Of a DNA stretch of 49,152 nucleotides, positions 23,706 to 35,832 are shown piece after piece. Positions within the stretch are counted from its first letter, which is position 1; each line of letters begins with the position of its first letter. Origin of the DNA: Macrostomum lignano (taxonomy: Eukaryota); the NCBI GenBank assembly GCA_002269645.1, contig NIVC01004351.1, forward strand, positions 1 through 49,152, given 5' to 3'. Position numbers and translations under genes: made by a program. Below the pieces are notes generated by a model. The model ran no database searches. It had not been told where the DNA came from and saw nothing but the letters and a program-made list of their open reading frames with translations.

Positions 23706-26700
23706 CTAGGTGGCATCAGTCTGCCTCAGATGGGGCGGCAGCGGTATCAAAGCGGCCGGCTTAGCGGTAGAGAAGAAGCGATTAAAATCCAATCTCAGCA
23801 ACAGCTGATTCAGATAGGTAGTAGACTGAGCCTGCAGCCCGGTTAGCATGCCCAACAGGTGCCAGGTTTGCCGGTGAAAATCCTGACCCAGAGCCGTCAT
23901 ACGCTGCAGCAGGGAGTCTAAATCGACCCTCTGACTGTCCAAAGAGTTACGCAACAGGCCGGCGAATTCCAGGCAGCTGTGCAGCAGCTGGGTGACGCAG
24001 GCTCTCACTGGCCGGTTATGTAGGAAAGACTGGGCTGTGAGGGCGGTGACGAACTGGTCGTGCGATACCTGGGGAGATTTTTTTGGAGGGCACAGGGAGG
24101 GGAAAATGGGATTTTTCGTCTTATAATGTATATAGCTATTGCTAGAGTGAGACTGCTAGGATGAGACTAGATGAGATTGCTAGAGTGACACTGATAGGAT
24201 GAGACTAGATGATATTGCTAGAGTGAGACTGCTAGGATGAGACTAGATGGGACTGCTAGAGTGAGACTGCTAGGATGAGACTAGATGAGATTGCTCGAGA
24301 GAGATGAGATGGGATTGCTAGAGTGAGACTAGATGAGATCGGTAGAGTGAGACTAGATGAGGTTTCTAAGATGAGACTACATGAGATTGCTAGGAAGAAA
24401 CTAGATGAGACTGCTAGAGTGGGACGAGATGAGATTGCTAGGATGAGACTAGATGAGACTGCTAGGATGAGAGTAGATGATATTGCTAGAGTGAGACTGC
24501 TAGGATGAGACTAGATGAGATTGCTCGAGAGAGATGAGATGGGATTGCTAGAGTGAGACTAGATGAGATCGGTAGAGTGAGACTAGATGAGCTTTCTAAG
24601 ATGAGACTACATGAGATTGCTAGGATGGGACTAGATGAGACTGCTAGGATGAGACTAGATGAAATTGCTAGGATGGGACTAGATGAGATTGCTAAAGTAA
24701 GACTAGATGAGATTGCTAAAGTGAGACTAGATGAGATTGCTAGAGTGAGACTAGATGAGCTTTCTAAGATGAGACTACATGAGATTGCTAGGATGGGACT
24801 ACATGAGACTGCTAGAGTGAGACTAGATGAGACTGCTAGGATGAGACTAGATGAGATTGCTAAAGTAAGACTAGATGAGATTGCTAAAGTGAGACTAGAT
24901 GAGATTGCTAGAGTGAGACTAGACGAGACTGCTAGGATGAGACTAGATGAGACTGCTAGAGTGAGACTAGATGAGATGAGAAAAACATTTGACAATTAAA
25001 ACAAACCTGCAGTTGTTCCACATCTCGCTGAGTCCTAGCAGCGGTTATCAAAGCGTTAAACCGACTATCAATAACGTCTACCTGCAGATAGTAGACCAGA
25101 TTATCAACTGCGTGCTGCATTCGACTGCGCTGTAGAAAATGCGGCTCCAACTTGCTCAAAGCGGCCGAGTTGACACGGGAATTGCGACAGCCCCGTTTGG
25201 CGATCATCTGGGCTGCCCAGGAGCGTTGCAGAGTGAGCTGGACTCGCTTCACAATGAGTAGGAAGCGGAACACTTGGCAGTATCTGCGGGGTTTGGTTGG
25301 AGCGATTCTTAGTGCTGGTTAAGAGTCATACAAGTATTCAAAGACAGTTTAGGGTCATATTCCATGACAGTTTAGGGTCATATTCAATGACATTTTAGGG
25401 TCATATTCAATGACAGTTTAGGGTCATATTCAATGACAGTTTAGGGTCATATTCAATGACAGTTTAGGATCATATTCAATGACAGTTTAGGGTCATATTC
25501 AATGACAGTTTAGGGTCATATTCAATGACAGTTTAGGGTCATATTCAATGACAGTTTAGGGTCATATTCAATGACATTTTAGGGTCATATTCCATGACAG
25601 TTTAGGGTCATATTCAATGACAGTTTAGGGTCATATTCAATGACAGTTTAGGGTCATATTCAATGACAGTTTAGGGTCATATTCAATGACAGTTTAGGGT
25701 CATATTCCATGACAGTTTAGGGTCATATTCAATGACAGTTTAGGGTCATATTCAATGACAGTTTAGGGTTAAGTTAAATTCTTCACAAGCCTTACCTAGC
25801 CAGAATATCATCATTGAACAGCAAATGGAACGGCCAGCCGTGCTTGAACTTCAACCCAACCCGAGACCAGGAGTCGGCGTCTGAAGCGCTGCCACCAGCA
25901 CCAGCGGCGGCTGCCTGACTGTCATCAAACCAAACGTCGAACTGTTTCAATGCCTGATCATCTTCCAGACCAACAGCTCTTGCGGCGCGTTCGAAGCAGG
26001 CTCGCAACTGCTGGCCCAGCATCCGATGAGGCGGCTTGTCTAGCAATGGTCCGGCTAGATCGATGAATGCCAGATAGAATTCGCCTCTGCCCATCAGGTA
26101 GAAATCTTTGACGGCTTGCAGTTGCTGTTCGAGGCTGTAGTCTTCCATCAGGAGGCGCCACAGCTGCTCTGTGACGTGCGAGCGAACCTGGGATTGTTAG
26201 TGAATGATGAATGAATCATAAAAAATCCGGTACATGTAAAAATCATACATGTAAAAACTACCGGTTGCAATTATGAAGAATCATGAAAACTACCGGTTGC
26301 AATTATGAAGAATCATGAAAACTACCGGTTGCAATTATGAAGAATCATGAAAACTATTGGTTGCAATTATGAAGAATCATGAAAAATATTGGTTGCAATT
26401 ATGAAGAATCATGAAAACTATTGGCTGCAATTATGAAGAATCATGAAAACTATTGGTTGCAATTATGAAGAATCATGAAAACTACCGGTTGCAATTATGA
26501 AGAATCATGAAAACTACCGGTTGCAATTATGAAGAATCATGAAAACTACCGGTTGCAATTATGAAGAATCATGAAAACTATTGGTTGCAATTATGAAGAA
26601 TCATGAAAAATATTGGTTGCAATTATGAAGAATCATGAAAACTATTGGCTGCAATTATGAAGAATCATGAAAACTATTGGTTGCAATTATGAAGAATCAT

Positions 26701-29513
26701 GAAAACTATTGGTTGCAATTATGAAGAATCATGAAAAATATTGGTTGCAATTATGAAGAATCATGAAAACTATTGGTTGCAATTATGAAGAATCATGAAA
26801 AATATTGGTTGCAATTATGAAGAATCATGAAAACTATTGGCTGCAATTATGAAGAATCATGAAAAATATTGGTTGCAATTATGAAGAATCATGAAAACTA
26901 TTGGTTGCAATTATGAAGAATCATGAAAAATATTGGTTGCAATTATGAAGAATCATGAAAACTATTGGTTGCAATTATGAAGAATCATGAAAACTATTGG
27001 CTGCAATCATGAATAATCATGAAAACTATTGGTTGCAATTATGAAGAATCATGAAAACTACCGGTTGCAATTCTGAAGAATCATGAAAACTATTGGCTGC
27101 AATTATGAATAATCATGAAAACTACCGGTTGCAATTCTGAAGAATCATGAAAACTATTGGCTGCAATTATGAAGAATCATGAAAACTATTGGTTGCAATT
27201 ATGAAGAATCATGAAAACTATTGGTTGCAATTATGAAGAATCATGAAAAATATTGGTTGCAATTATGAAGAATCATGAAAACTATTGGTTGCAATTATGA
27301 AGAATCATGAAAAATATTGGTTGCAATTATGAATAATCATGAAAACTATTGGCTGCAATCATGAAGAATCATGAAAACTATTGGCTGCAATTATGAAGAA
27401 TCATGAAAACTATTGGCTGCAATCATGAATAATCATGAAAACTATTGGTTGCAATTATGAAGAATCATGAAAACTACCGGTTGCAATTATGAAGAATCAT
27501 GAAAACTACCGGTTGCAATTATGAGGGAGCATGAAAACTACCGGTTGCAATTATGAATAATCATGAAAACTACCGGTTGCAATTATGAAGAATCATGAAG
27601 AGAACTTACATCGGCAACAAACTCCTCCAAAGCCAGCAGATCAAACTGACTAGCATCAGCCAGTGTCTCCAATCTGGGCAAAAACAGTCGCTCCAACTCG
27701 GCCAGGAAAGCAGAGGATCGGGATTCATTTAAACCAAAACAACGAACCGCTTCACCAACAAATAGAATTCGCTGGGCCAAGGTTAACGGCAGATAGGCTG
27801 GCAGTAGTGAGAATTGCAATTCAGCTTTCTGAGCACCAGTGCTCACAATTATACTGCTGGTATCAGCTGCTGCTGTTGTTGCATTTGGGGCGCCTGGTAC
27901 AGCAGCTGTTGGTTTCTTCTGTTGTTCTTGCTGTTGTTGCTTTTGGTCGACAAGCCGAACAAAAAACTCCGAATAAGGATCGTCCAAAGTGCCCTACAAG
28001 GGTTTTAGATTAGTTCATTTCAGTGCATCCGCTACAGTAGTGCGAATGTAAACTTGGTAATTCTTTAATCAATGAGGCATTAGCAGGAGGCTTGGGGGAA
28101 ACCTGGCGTTACACAACCAGTGCTGAGTAAGAGACAATTCTGCCCGTTCCGCTGACTCATGAGCAAATGTACTCAGCAACATCGAAAAGCCGCCATCACA
28201 GAACATTCCATCTGTGCTCGCCACTTTTGAGAGTCCAGGCAAAGTCTCTCAATCTTTGCGAGTGACGCAAATTAGCGTACGTCACGCGGCAGATTTGAAT
28301 TGAGGAATGAAGTGGGGGAGCGGTGTGCGAGGGTTGGACGGATTAAAGCTACCCCGATCAGTTTACTCGTATCTTTTAGTTCAGAACAGTCCAAGAGAAA
28401 TTGATCACTGGCGCATAGAGTGGCGACTTTTCCATGTTGCTGAGTACATACAAGCGCGCCAGTACTGTACGCAGGCACGCACTCGTACACACGCTCGATC
28501 ACACAGGGTGTACATGTACAGCGGTCATTTTGAATTTCTAATCCTCAGGAATGTACACTCTCAGCGCCTTGATGGCTGGCCCGCATGGCTGTGAATTTCA
28601 CGACAACCCCCGGACGTAGGGGCGGCCGCAGCCCAGTGGTCTAACGCGGCGCTCTGATGTGCCAGCGGCCCAGGCTCGATTTCAAGTGCCAGTCACATTA
28701 ATTTGAGGCTAAATTGGAATCTCCGCTTTATAGGTCTACTCATGACCCAAGGCACAGTGAATTGTTACATGCCAAACGATAAATCAAGTTATTGCCGCTG
28801 TACACTCCTGTGTGAGTGTATGTCTGAGCGTATGACTGCTCAGGGGAGTCAGGCGAAACGGGCAGTAATGCCTCTCGTCGGTTGTTGTGACAATGTCGCT
28901 TAAAGTGCCCCAGGGTATTCAGAGCCTTTGATTATTGGTCGTATGCACTACAAAACCACACCTGCAGCATCCAGTCGCCAATCTGTCGATAAGCCAATCG
29001 ATTGCATCGCTGCAACAGAGCATCAAAAGCCGACTGAGCGGAAGGCAGACCGCAAGGCATCCTATGCACAATCTTCTCCATTAGCTGGGTACCTCGAGCG
29101 TTACTACGTTCAATAGATTCTAACAGATCAGACAGTGCCGGAAATAGCAATTGAAATTCTTCCAATCGGCACTGGACATAGTTCAAGGACAGATAAGGAT
29201 CTGCTATCAGTTCAGATTCCAAATCGACAAGTCTGGCGCGATAAGTTTCAAGACAATTGTCCAATGCATCGCTAAATACTTTAGCGTAGAGACCGGCTGT
29301 TTGCTTATCCGAATCAAGATAACTGGAACGTTCAGCTATAAAGTCTTGAAATCGAATGTAGTGAGCGCCTAGTTGGCATAGACGATTAATCAGAGGCACT
29401 TCGGATGGGCTGATGAATGGCAGATTGTCGATAAGTCGAAGGCTACCCGACTGAGTCTGTTGAATGACAGATCCTGGGCAGCCGTACAAGGCTAGTAGTA
29501 GTTCGTGCAGCAT
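23706..29513 (-). CDS. TUBGCP4: Gamma-tubulin complex component 4 (GCP4), 5 exons, about 655 aa
   Basis: Exons 29513-28962, 27993-27610, 26187-25796, 25283-25007, 24068-23706; all GT-AG and in frame (1968 nt). Recognised GCP4 motifs: MLHELLLALYGCPGS, RLCQLG.HYIRFQDFI, QLLFPAL, LLPAYLPLTLAQRILFVGEAV, KDFYLMGRGEFY, LLRLDFNRFFS. Confidence 0.95.
24138..24980. repeat. 24-bp minisatellite (GAGATTGCTAGAGTGAGACTAGAT), TUBGCP4 intron 4
   Basis: Direct inspection; 8-aa period in the spurious ORFs. Confidence 0.95.
25340..25770. repeat. 23-bp minisatellite (TTTAGGGTCATATTCAATGACAG), TUBGCP4 intron 3
   Basis: Direct inspection; the unit has a GTCAT...ATGAC mini inverted repeat. Confidence 0.95.
26255..27598. 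repeat. 32-bp minisatellite (AATTATGAAGAATCATGAAAACTATTGGTTGC), about 42 units, TUBGCP4 intron 2
   Basis: Direct inspection. Confidence 0.95.
28172..28444. mobile_element. MITE with about 25-bp TIRs (CTCAGCAACATCGAAAAGCCGCCA) and TA TSD, Tc1/mariner-like, copy 1
   Basis: Ends TA|CTCAGCAACATCGAAAAGCCGCCA ... TGGCGACTTTTCCATGTTGCTGAG|TA. A second copy lies at 38276-38552. Confidence 0.8.
28619..28955 (+). mobile_element. Putative tRNA-derived SINE in TUBGCP4 intron 1
   Basis: tRNA-like head GGGGCGGCCGCAGCCCAGTGGTCTAACGCGG with an A-box-like segment and B-box-like GGCTCGATTTC (about 28673). The 3' end AAAGTGCCCCAGGG...GTATGCACTACAAAA resembles L2/CR1-type SINE tails (from memory, not searched). 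Confidence 0.45.
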
Positions 29514-29689
29514 GTGACTGCAGCTGAATTAAATCTGATTTTTTTAATCTGTCTTTTTGATTCTTTCAAATATTTCAATGCTTCAAATGACAATAATCTG
29601 TAATCAAAGTATGCGATTTTTAGTTTTAGCAACGGCATTCAAATTGAAAAAGAGCGAATTATAAGAACAAATTTTTTGGATGCTCCGAA

Positions 29690-30259
29690 ACTGAGGATCT
29701 GGGAGGCTGGCCCAGCAACTGAGGATCTGGGAGGCTGGCCCAGCAACTGAGGATCTGGGAGGCTGGCCCAGCAACTGAGGATCTGGGAGGCTGTCACAGC
29801 AACTGAGGATCTGGGAGGCTGGCACAGCAACTGAGGATCTGGGAGGCTGGCCCAGCAACTGAGGATCTGGGAGGCTGGCACTGCAACTGAGGATCTGGGA
29901 GGCTGTCACAGCAACTGAGGATCTGGGAGGCTGGCACAGCAACTGAGGATCTGGGAGGCTGGCCCAGCAACTGAGGATCTGGGAGGCTGGCCCAGCAACT
30001 GAGGATCTGGGAGGCTGGCCCAGCAACTGAGGATCTGGAAGGCTGGCCCAGCGACTGAGGACCTGGGAGGCTGGCCCAGCAACTGAGGATCTGGGAGGCT
30101 GGCCCAGCAACTGAGGATCTGGGAGGCTGGCCCAGCAACTGAGGATCTGGGAGGCTGGCCCAGCAACTGAGGATCTGGAAGGCTGGCCCAGCGACTGAGG
30201 ACCCGGGAGGCTGGCCCAGCAACTGAGGATCTGGGAGGCTGGCCCAGCAACTGAGGATC
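29690..30259. repeat. 28-bp dispersed minisatellite family, copy B (about 20 units), upstream of TUBGCP4
   Basis: Same unit as copies A and C. Confidence 0.95.
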
Positions 30260-30534
30260 CTAGATAAAATAAACAGTTTGTGTAGCTGCTAACGCACATT
30301 TAAAGCTTGTAAAAAATTGAAGTATTAAAAAAGAAATAAAAACTAATTTATCGTTTGCATTGCGTACGAAAAATATATTTCACTGCAAATGCCTAAAAAT
30401 AGTCGTAGGAATGTGCAATATATATATAATGTACTATAAGAATTCGAGACATTATTCTGAAAAATAACGGCTAAAAATACCAGTACACAAATCACAGCCT
30501 CGAATATTATTTTTTGTTAAAACAGACGAACATA

Positions 30535-30927
30535 CGAACGGAGCGTGTGTACATTGGGGGTAGACTTTCTATCCTTGACTGGAGCATGTGTACATTGATG
30601 GGGGTAGATTTTCTAGCCTTGACCGGGGCGTGTGTACATTGGGGGTAGACTTTCTAGGCTTGACCGGAGCGTGTGTACATTGGGGGTAGACTTTCTAGGC
30701 TTGACCGGAGCGTGTGTACATTGGGGTAGACTTTCTAGGCTTGACCGGAGTGTGTGTACATTGGGGGTAGACTTTCTAGGCTTGACCGGAGCGTGTGTAC
30801 ATTGGGGGTAGACTTTCTAGGCTTGACCGGAGCGTGTGTACATTGGGGTAGACTTTCTAGGCTTGACCGGAGTGTGTGTACATTGGGGGTAGACTTTCCA
30901 GGCTTGACCGGAACGTGTGTACATTAG
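30535..30927. repeat. 41-bp minisatellite (CATTGGGGGTAGACTTTCTAGGCTTGACCGGAGCGTGTGTA), about 9 units, intergenic
   Basis: Direct inspection. Confidence 0.95.
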
Positions 30928-31020
30928 CGGGGGGTGAAATTAGTAGATCATTTAGGAGATCAGTTAAGTGATATTGTATTACGTTTTTAAGCGGACTTTA
31001 GAATAACGAATATGACCTCC

Positions 31021-32378
31021 CTATCTTGTCACTGGCTGAGCCAGACAGGCCCCACCGCCACCCAGCGGCACACTGTGCAGCACAACAAAAGGCACATCTG
31101 GTCCAGTTCGATGTATAAACTCCACCGAACTAGCTAGAAATTCAACTTGACTTGGTTCGCTAGACGGCCAATCTTTCGAGAGAGCTCTTTTTAACTCTTC
31201 GACAGCAGTGACTGAAGCGCATTGAGCCATAGTTAGATGAGGCCGGAAACCGCCTTTGGACTGCAAATCTAAACAGTCAGGAAACACGCTCGCTAACACA
31301 GACTGTAGCTTCATCAAATTAGGACATCGGCTATTATTATTAGACAGATCGCGATCAGGTTCTACAGGGTCTAGCCAAACTGTTGCACTTTTACCGCCGT
31401 GAGAGAAATGACCGAATTCTGCTAGACGAACGCGAAACGGTGACAAATTGGAGAGATGAGGTGTCAGTTTGGCTACCGCAGAGTCCATCTGATCTGGTTC
31501 GTAGAATGGATAACTGAGATTGATGTGCGGCATCCAGCGATGGAATTGGCGATCGTGTTGTCTGCAATTTTAGTATACGCATTTAGGGTAAGGTAGGAGA
31601 CAAGACTCGAGACAAGCAGGTCAAATAGGGGAAATGAAGGTCAAATGGGAGAAATAAAGCAGGTCAAATGGAAGAAATAAAGGTCAAATGGAAGAAATGA
31701 AGGTCATATGGAAGAAATAAAGGTCAAATGGAAGAAATGAAGGTCAAATGAAAGAAATAAAGGTCAAATGGAAGAAATAAAGGTCAAATGGAAGAAAGAA
31801 AGATCAAATGGAAGAAATAAAGGTCATATGGAAGAAATAAAGGTCAAATGGAAGAAATAAAGGTCAAATGGAAGAAATAAAGGTCAAATAGAAGAAATAA
31901 AGGTCTAATGGAAGAAATAAAGGTCAAATGGGAGAAATGAAGGTCAAAATGGAGAGATGAAGGTCAAATGGAAGAAATAAAGGTCTAATAGAAGAAATGA
32001 AGATCAAATAGAAGAAATGAAGGTCAAATAGGGGAAATAATTATCAACTTGGAGAAATGAGAGTCAAATGGGAGAAATAAATATCAGATGGGAGAAATGA
32101 AGATCATAAAAGAGAAATAAAACGAAGATGTGGCGATTAAGGTCCAGAGGCAGAAATAAAAACCGTAAAGTAGATATGAATATTGATAGTGATAAAGAAA
32201 GATGAGAATGGGGGAAATGAATATTGAAAAAAATGTCACGAAGTATTCACATGATATTTTACTTAAATTTTTAAGTAGCATGTTGCACATACCTGCGCAC
32301 ATCCTGCACAGCTTGGTACACAGATGTGTCAGCTGGTGGCATCAATACGATGGCAGATTGGTGAGTTTTCTTGCTCAT
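31021..32378 (-). CDS. 2H phosphoesterase / 2'-5' RNA ligase-superfamily protein, LENG9-like, 2 exons (32378-32293, 31561-31021), about 208 aa
   Basis: Junction AG|GTATGT ... TTGCAG|A gives SAIVLMPP...AVQDVRRQHDRQFHRWMPHINLSYPF, with a second motif FRPHLTMAQ. These are typical of the LENG9/AKAP7-like 2H domain. Confidence 0.8.
31612..32120. repeat. 20-bp minisatellite (AGGTCAAATGGAAGAAATAA) in the LENG9-like intron
   Basis: Direct inspection; it degenerates toward 32120. Confidence 0.9.
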
Positions 32379-32408
32379 AATGTTTGCTACGACAATACGA
32401 TTAAAAAG

Positions 32409-32435
32409 CTGAAAATGCAAGTTAGATGAAAAAAG
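32409..32435 (-). promoter_or_regulatory. Candidate unpaired 3' splice acceptor (TTTTTTCATCTAACTTGCATTTTCAG) 30 nt upstream of the LENG9-like ATG
   Basis: Branch-point-like CTAAC, a pyrimidine tract and TTTTCAG. Confidence 0.55.
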
Positions 32436-32584
32436 AAGTCTGGACTCAAGTTTAGTGTCTACAGCTAACTTCAAAGACTTAACCGTAACAATATCAAAAT
32501 ATTAAGTAAACTACTTAGTTACTATAAGTACTATATATTTAGATAAATGAATGAGACCAAAAATTCTAAAATCTCGCCGGGGAA

Positions 32585-33335
32585 GCTTCACAAGCGCTAA
32601 TTTTCATAAGCGCTAACTCACCTACTTTCACAAACGCTAAATTTCACAAGCGCTAAACTTCAGAATAGCGAAACCACCTACTTTCACAAGCGCTAAACTT
32701 CACATTAGCTACAAATTCGTCACCTACTTTCACAAACGCTAAATTTCACAAGCGCTAAACTTCAGAATAGCTACAAATTCGTCACCTACTTTCACAAACG
32801 CTAAACTTCACAAGCGCTAAACTTCACAAACGCTAAACTTCACAACCGCTAAAACACAAATGTCGGCTACTTTCACAAGCGCTAAACTTCACAAGCGCTT
32901 AACTTCAGAATAGCGAAACCACCTACTTTCTCAAGCGCTAAACTTCACAATGTCAAAGTAGACAGGGAAATTATTATAGTATATTAACATTTTAGCGCTT
33001 GTAAAAGAAGCCGACATTCGTGTTTTGGGGATTGTAAAGGTTAGCGTTTGTGAAAGTAGGCGACATTTGTGTTTTAGCGGTTGTGAAGTTTAGCGTTTGT
33101 GAAGTTTAGCGCTTGTGAAGTTCAGCGCTTGTGAAGTTCAGCGCTTGTGAAGTTCAGCGCTTGTGAAAGTAGGTGGTTTCGCTATTCTGAAGTTTAGCGC
33201 TTGTGAAAGTAGTGAGTTAGTGGTTATGAAGTTTAGCGCTTGTGAAAGTAGTGAGTTAGCGGTTATGAAGTTTAGCACTTGTGAAGTTCAGCGCTTGTGA
33301 AGTTCAGCGCTTGTGAAAGTAGGTGGTTTCGCTAT
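32585..33335. mobile_element. Modular foldback-like long inverted repeat built from TTCACAAGCGCTAAAC subrepeats
   Basis: Left arm about 32585-32955 and right arm about 32990-33335 are reverse complements module by module. For example 32811-32885 pairs with about 33040-33120. Confidence 0.75.
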
Positions 33336-33966
33336 TATCTCTCGCCCTAGAGATTTTATAGTCAGAAAATCTCCCATTTAAGATTAGACATTTGAAAATC
33401 TTACCCTAGAGATTAGATATTTAGCTATTATTACCACAAGGTTTAGGACATTAAGAGAATAATAAACAAAAACAGTTAAGTACATAACCATCATTACCGG
33501 AATAACTTGATCAGTACAGTAATCTATCAAACAAATTTATTTATCCATGCAATTATATGCTTTCAGTATAAACAGAATTCAATTTAAGTTTATTCCATAT
33601 TCCACATCAGCAACAGCAATTGCAATAAATAATGCCAGAATGTAAACAAATAAACAAATAAAAAAGAGCTTTCACAGTACATCAAATAAGTGCCCCTTCA
33701 GTTGAAACTAGCTTTTTTAAATATATAAGTAAATCCATTTACCAATATTGGTTTGCTTACTATACTACTGATGTAGGCAGAAAGCAAATAAACAAAACAA
33801 TGTCAAAAAACAAGATTCAACAAATCTGATCGAGAACTATTTAAATTCAGGACAAAAAGGAATGTTTTAAATTGTAACAAATAGGTTTGGTATTTAATTA
33901 ATTGGTGAAATTCTTTTATATTATTTGACGAATTCAGAAACAGACACGACATATAGCTACTATTAG

Positions 33967-34806
33967 CAGTGTTGGGCACTTCCGTTACCGAGTAACTTGC
34001 AAATGGTAACGCAAGTTACTTTTTCGTAAAGCGTTCCTTACGCAAGTTACTTTTTTATTTTAGTAACGGAGTAACGGTAAGTTACTCAAATTTCAGAAGT
34101 CCGTTACAGTTACTTTGCAACAATCGCAATATTTAAATTTAAAACTGAAATGCTTAGCTATTACGCCGGTTGTCACATGTTTTTGCATTTTTCATTCCTA
34201 AATTCAAAATTAAATGAATAGTATCATATGGTATTGCGCTTAATTAATGAAGAAATACTTGAAACATGTTTTACTTTGTTAATTTCGGTAAAATATTTTC
34301 GCCTTTCATTTTCAAGTTACTAAAAATTTTCAAGTTTGATTCAAACAAACAACCAAACAAAGAAATTCATCTGTAGCCTCCACAAGTCCCTCCACTGGCA
34401 CTGCAGTACACTACACCATTTTATACAGTTCTATTTATTTTACTCTATTGAATTATTGATATTCGTTCATTTTATCATTTATAATTTTAATTATTGATTG
34501 CCATTGCCCATTGGTCCTTCTACTTGCCTCACATTGTGTCGCCAATTCCTGTCTCTGTCTGGTAATCGGTTAATCCCAATGCCCAATGGCAAATTTCGGT
34601 AACAACAATGTGAAAAATGTGCAATGTGAAAAAAAACAGAAAATTTTGTTAATAACATGGGTAACGGAAGTGAGTAACGGACAATAACTTAAAAGTTACC
34701 AGGTTTTTGTCTAAAGTTACTAGGCTAACATAAGTTACTTTTTAAAAATTGGTAACTTAAGTTACAGTAACGCAAGTTACTTTTTTGAGTAACTTGCCCA
34801 ACACTG
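33967..34806. mobile_element. Non-autonomous hAT-type element (840 bp), TIR CAGTGTTGGGCA, 8-bp TSD ACTATTAG, copy 1
   Basis: ACTATTAG|CAGTGTTGGGCA ... TGCCCAACACTG|ACTATTAG seen directly, with GTAAC/GTTAC subterminal repeats. Second copy at 47304-48062. Confidence 0.92.
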
Positions 34807-35240
34807 ACTATTAGTATTAGTAGCTTGAAAGAAAACCCTAAAGGTTTTGGCCATAGACTAAATAGCTTCGCGGAAATCAATAAACATCTCCAATTTAGAT
34901 TGACTTTAAAAAAAGGAATTATTTTGTTACGTGCATATTTATAAGGAAAAAAACTCTAAACAGACGCTCAATAAGTAATAGGTAAGCAGTTACGATTTTT
35001 AAAACTGACCCATCTACGTGATGTTGTGTACGAGATAGTAATCTGTGCAAAACAAATATTTAGACACTGTGTTCTCAAGTCTATATTTTATAAATATATA
35101 TACTCTATGGGGTACACGAGTTTTGGCCATAGACATTTTGAGAAATTTTAGTTCTGAAAAATCTATAAATACTACTTGAAGTACTATAAGTATTAACATT
35201 GAAATTCTTGGAATTTTAAACAGGTATAAACGACCTTGAC

Positions 35241-35545
35241 GGAGGGTTATAGCCCAGTGGTCAGAGCGTCGGACTCAAGACTGAAAGGTCGGGGGTTCGA
35301 TTCACGACCCACCCGGAATAATTTGTGTCCTTGAGCAAAAGACACTAACTCTGCATTGTTTCAGTTCACCCAGCTGTAAAATGGGTACCACCAGCATTAG
35401 CTGGAGTAATTGAGGCTGTGTGTGGCGACCCCTCCGCCCCTCCCAGTCCTTGGACTGAACAGCCGTACGCAGCCTTCAGATGCACCGCGCAATAGCTGCG
35501 GCTGAGCAGTCGGTTGCACATCTGGCCTAATTAGGGCAGGTGTAA
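35241..35545 (+). mobile_element. tRNA-derived SINE with a CORE (MIR-like) domain
   Basis: A box TAGCCCAGTGG (35250), B box GGTTCGATTC (35294), then GTGTCCTTGAGCAAAAGACACTAACTCTGCATTGTTTCAGTTCACCCAGCTGTAAAATGGG. This resembles the MIR CORE GTGACCTTGGGCAAGTTACTTAAC...CTCATCTGTAAAATGGG. The 3' boundary is approximate. Confidence 0.7.
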
Positions 35546-35832
35546 TCAATTATTAACCTTGAACTCCTTAGCCTAAAGATAGTTACACTACGGAAGACAA
35601 AAGATTATAACTTAAAGCTTAGGAGGTTGGGAAATACTCGTAGATAGGTGTCGTGTCTTACAAAGTGCATCAGACTAGTATAAAGATTCATTTAAACAAA
35701 CGGACAATAGATGACAGATGAAGGTTAACATATACAGTAAGCCATCCCCCCAGAACAAAGAGTACATTTATAAATACGTAAATAACGTAAGATAAACAAG
35801 TTACAGTTTTAGTAAATTGATAAGTTACTTAT

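Noticed and set aside
22522-24999. Long ORFs 22522..23679, 22899..23606, 24486..24995 and 24553..24999, and similar ORFs over other arrays (7153-7508, 8315-8869, 9395-9976, 18287-18713, 29604-30299)
   Set aside because: They are periodic translations of minisatellites that lack stop codons, located in introns or intergenic DNA, with no independent coding evidence.
25340-25770. TTTAGGG telomere-like motif in the 23-bp unit (also TTAGGG in the 20.8-kb array)
   Set aside because: One motif per longer unit, not a tandem telomeric tract.
8253-27598. Regular direct repeats that might be taken for CRISPR arrays
   Set aside because: There are no unique spacers; units are head-to-tail, lie in spliceosomal introns of a eukaryote, and no cas genes are present.
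35241-35320. Possible tRNA gene
   Set aside because: Pol III boxes are present but a convincing acceptor stem is not, and the sequence continues into a CORE-like body, so a SINE is the better call.
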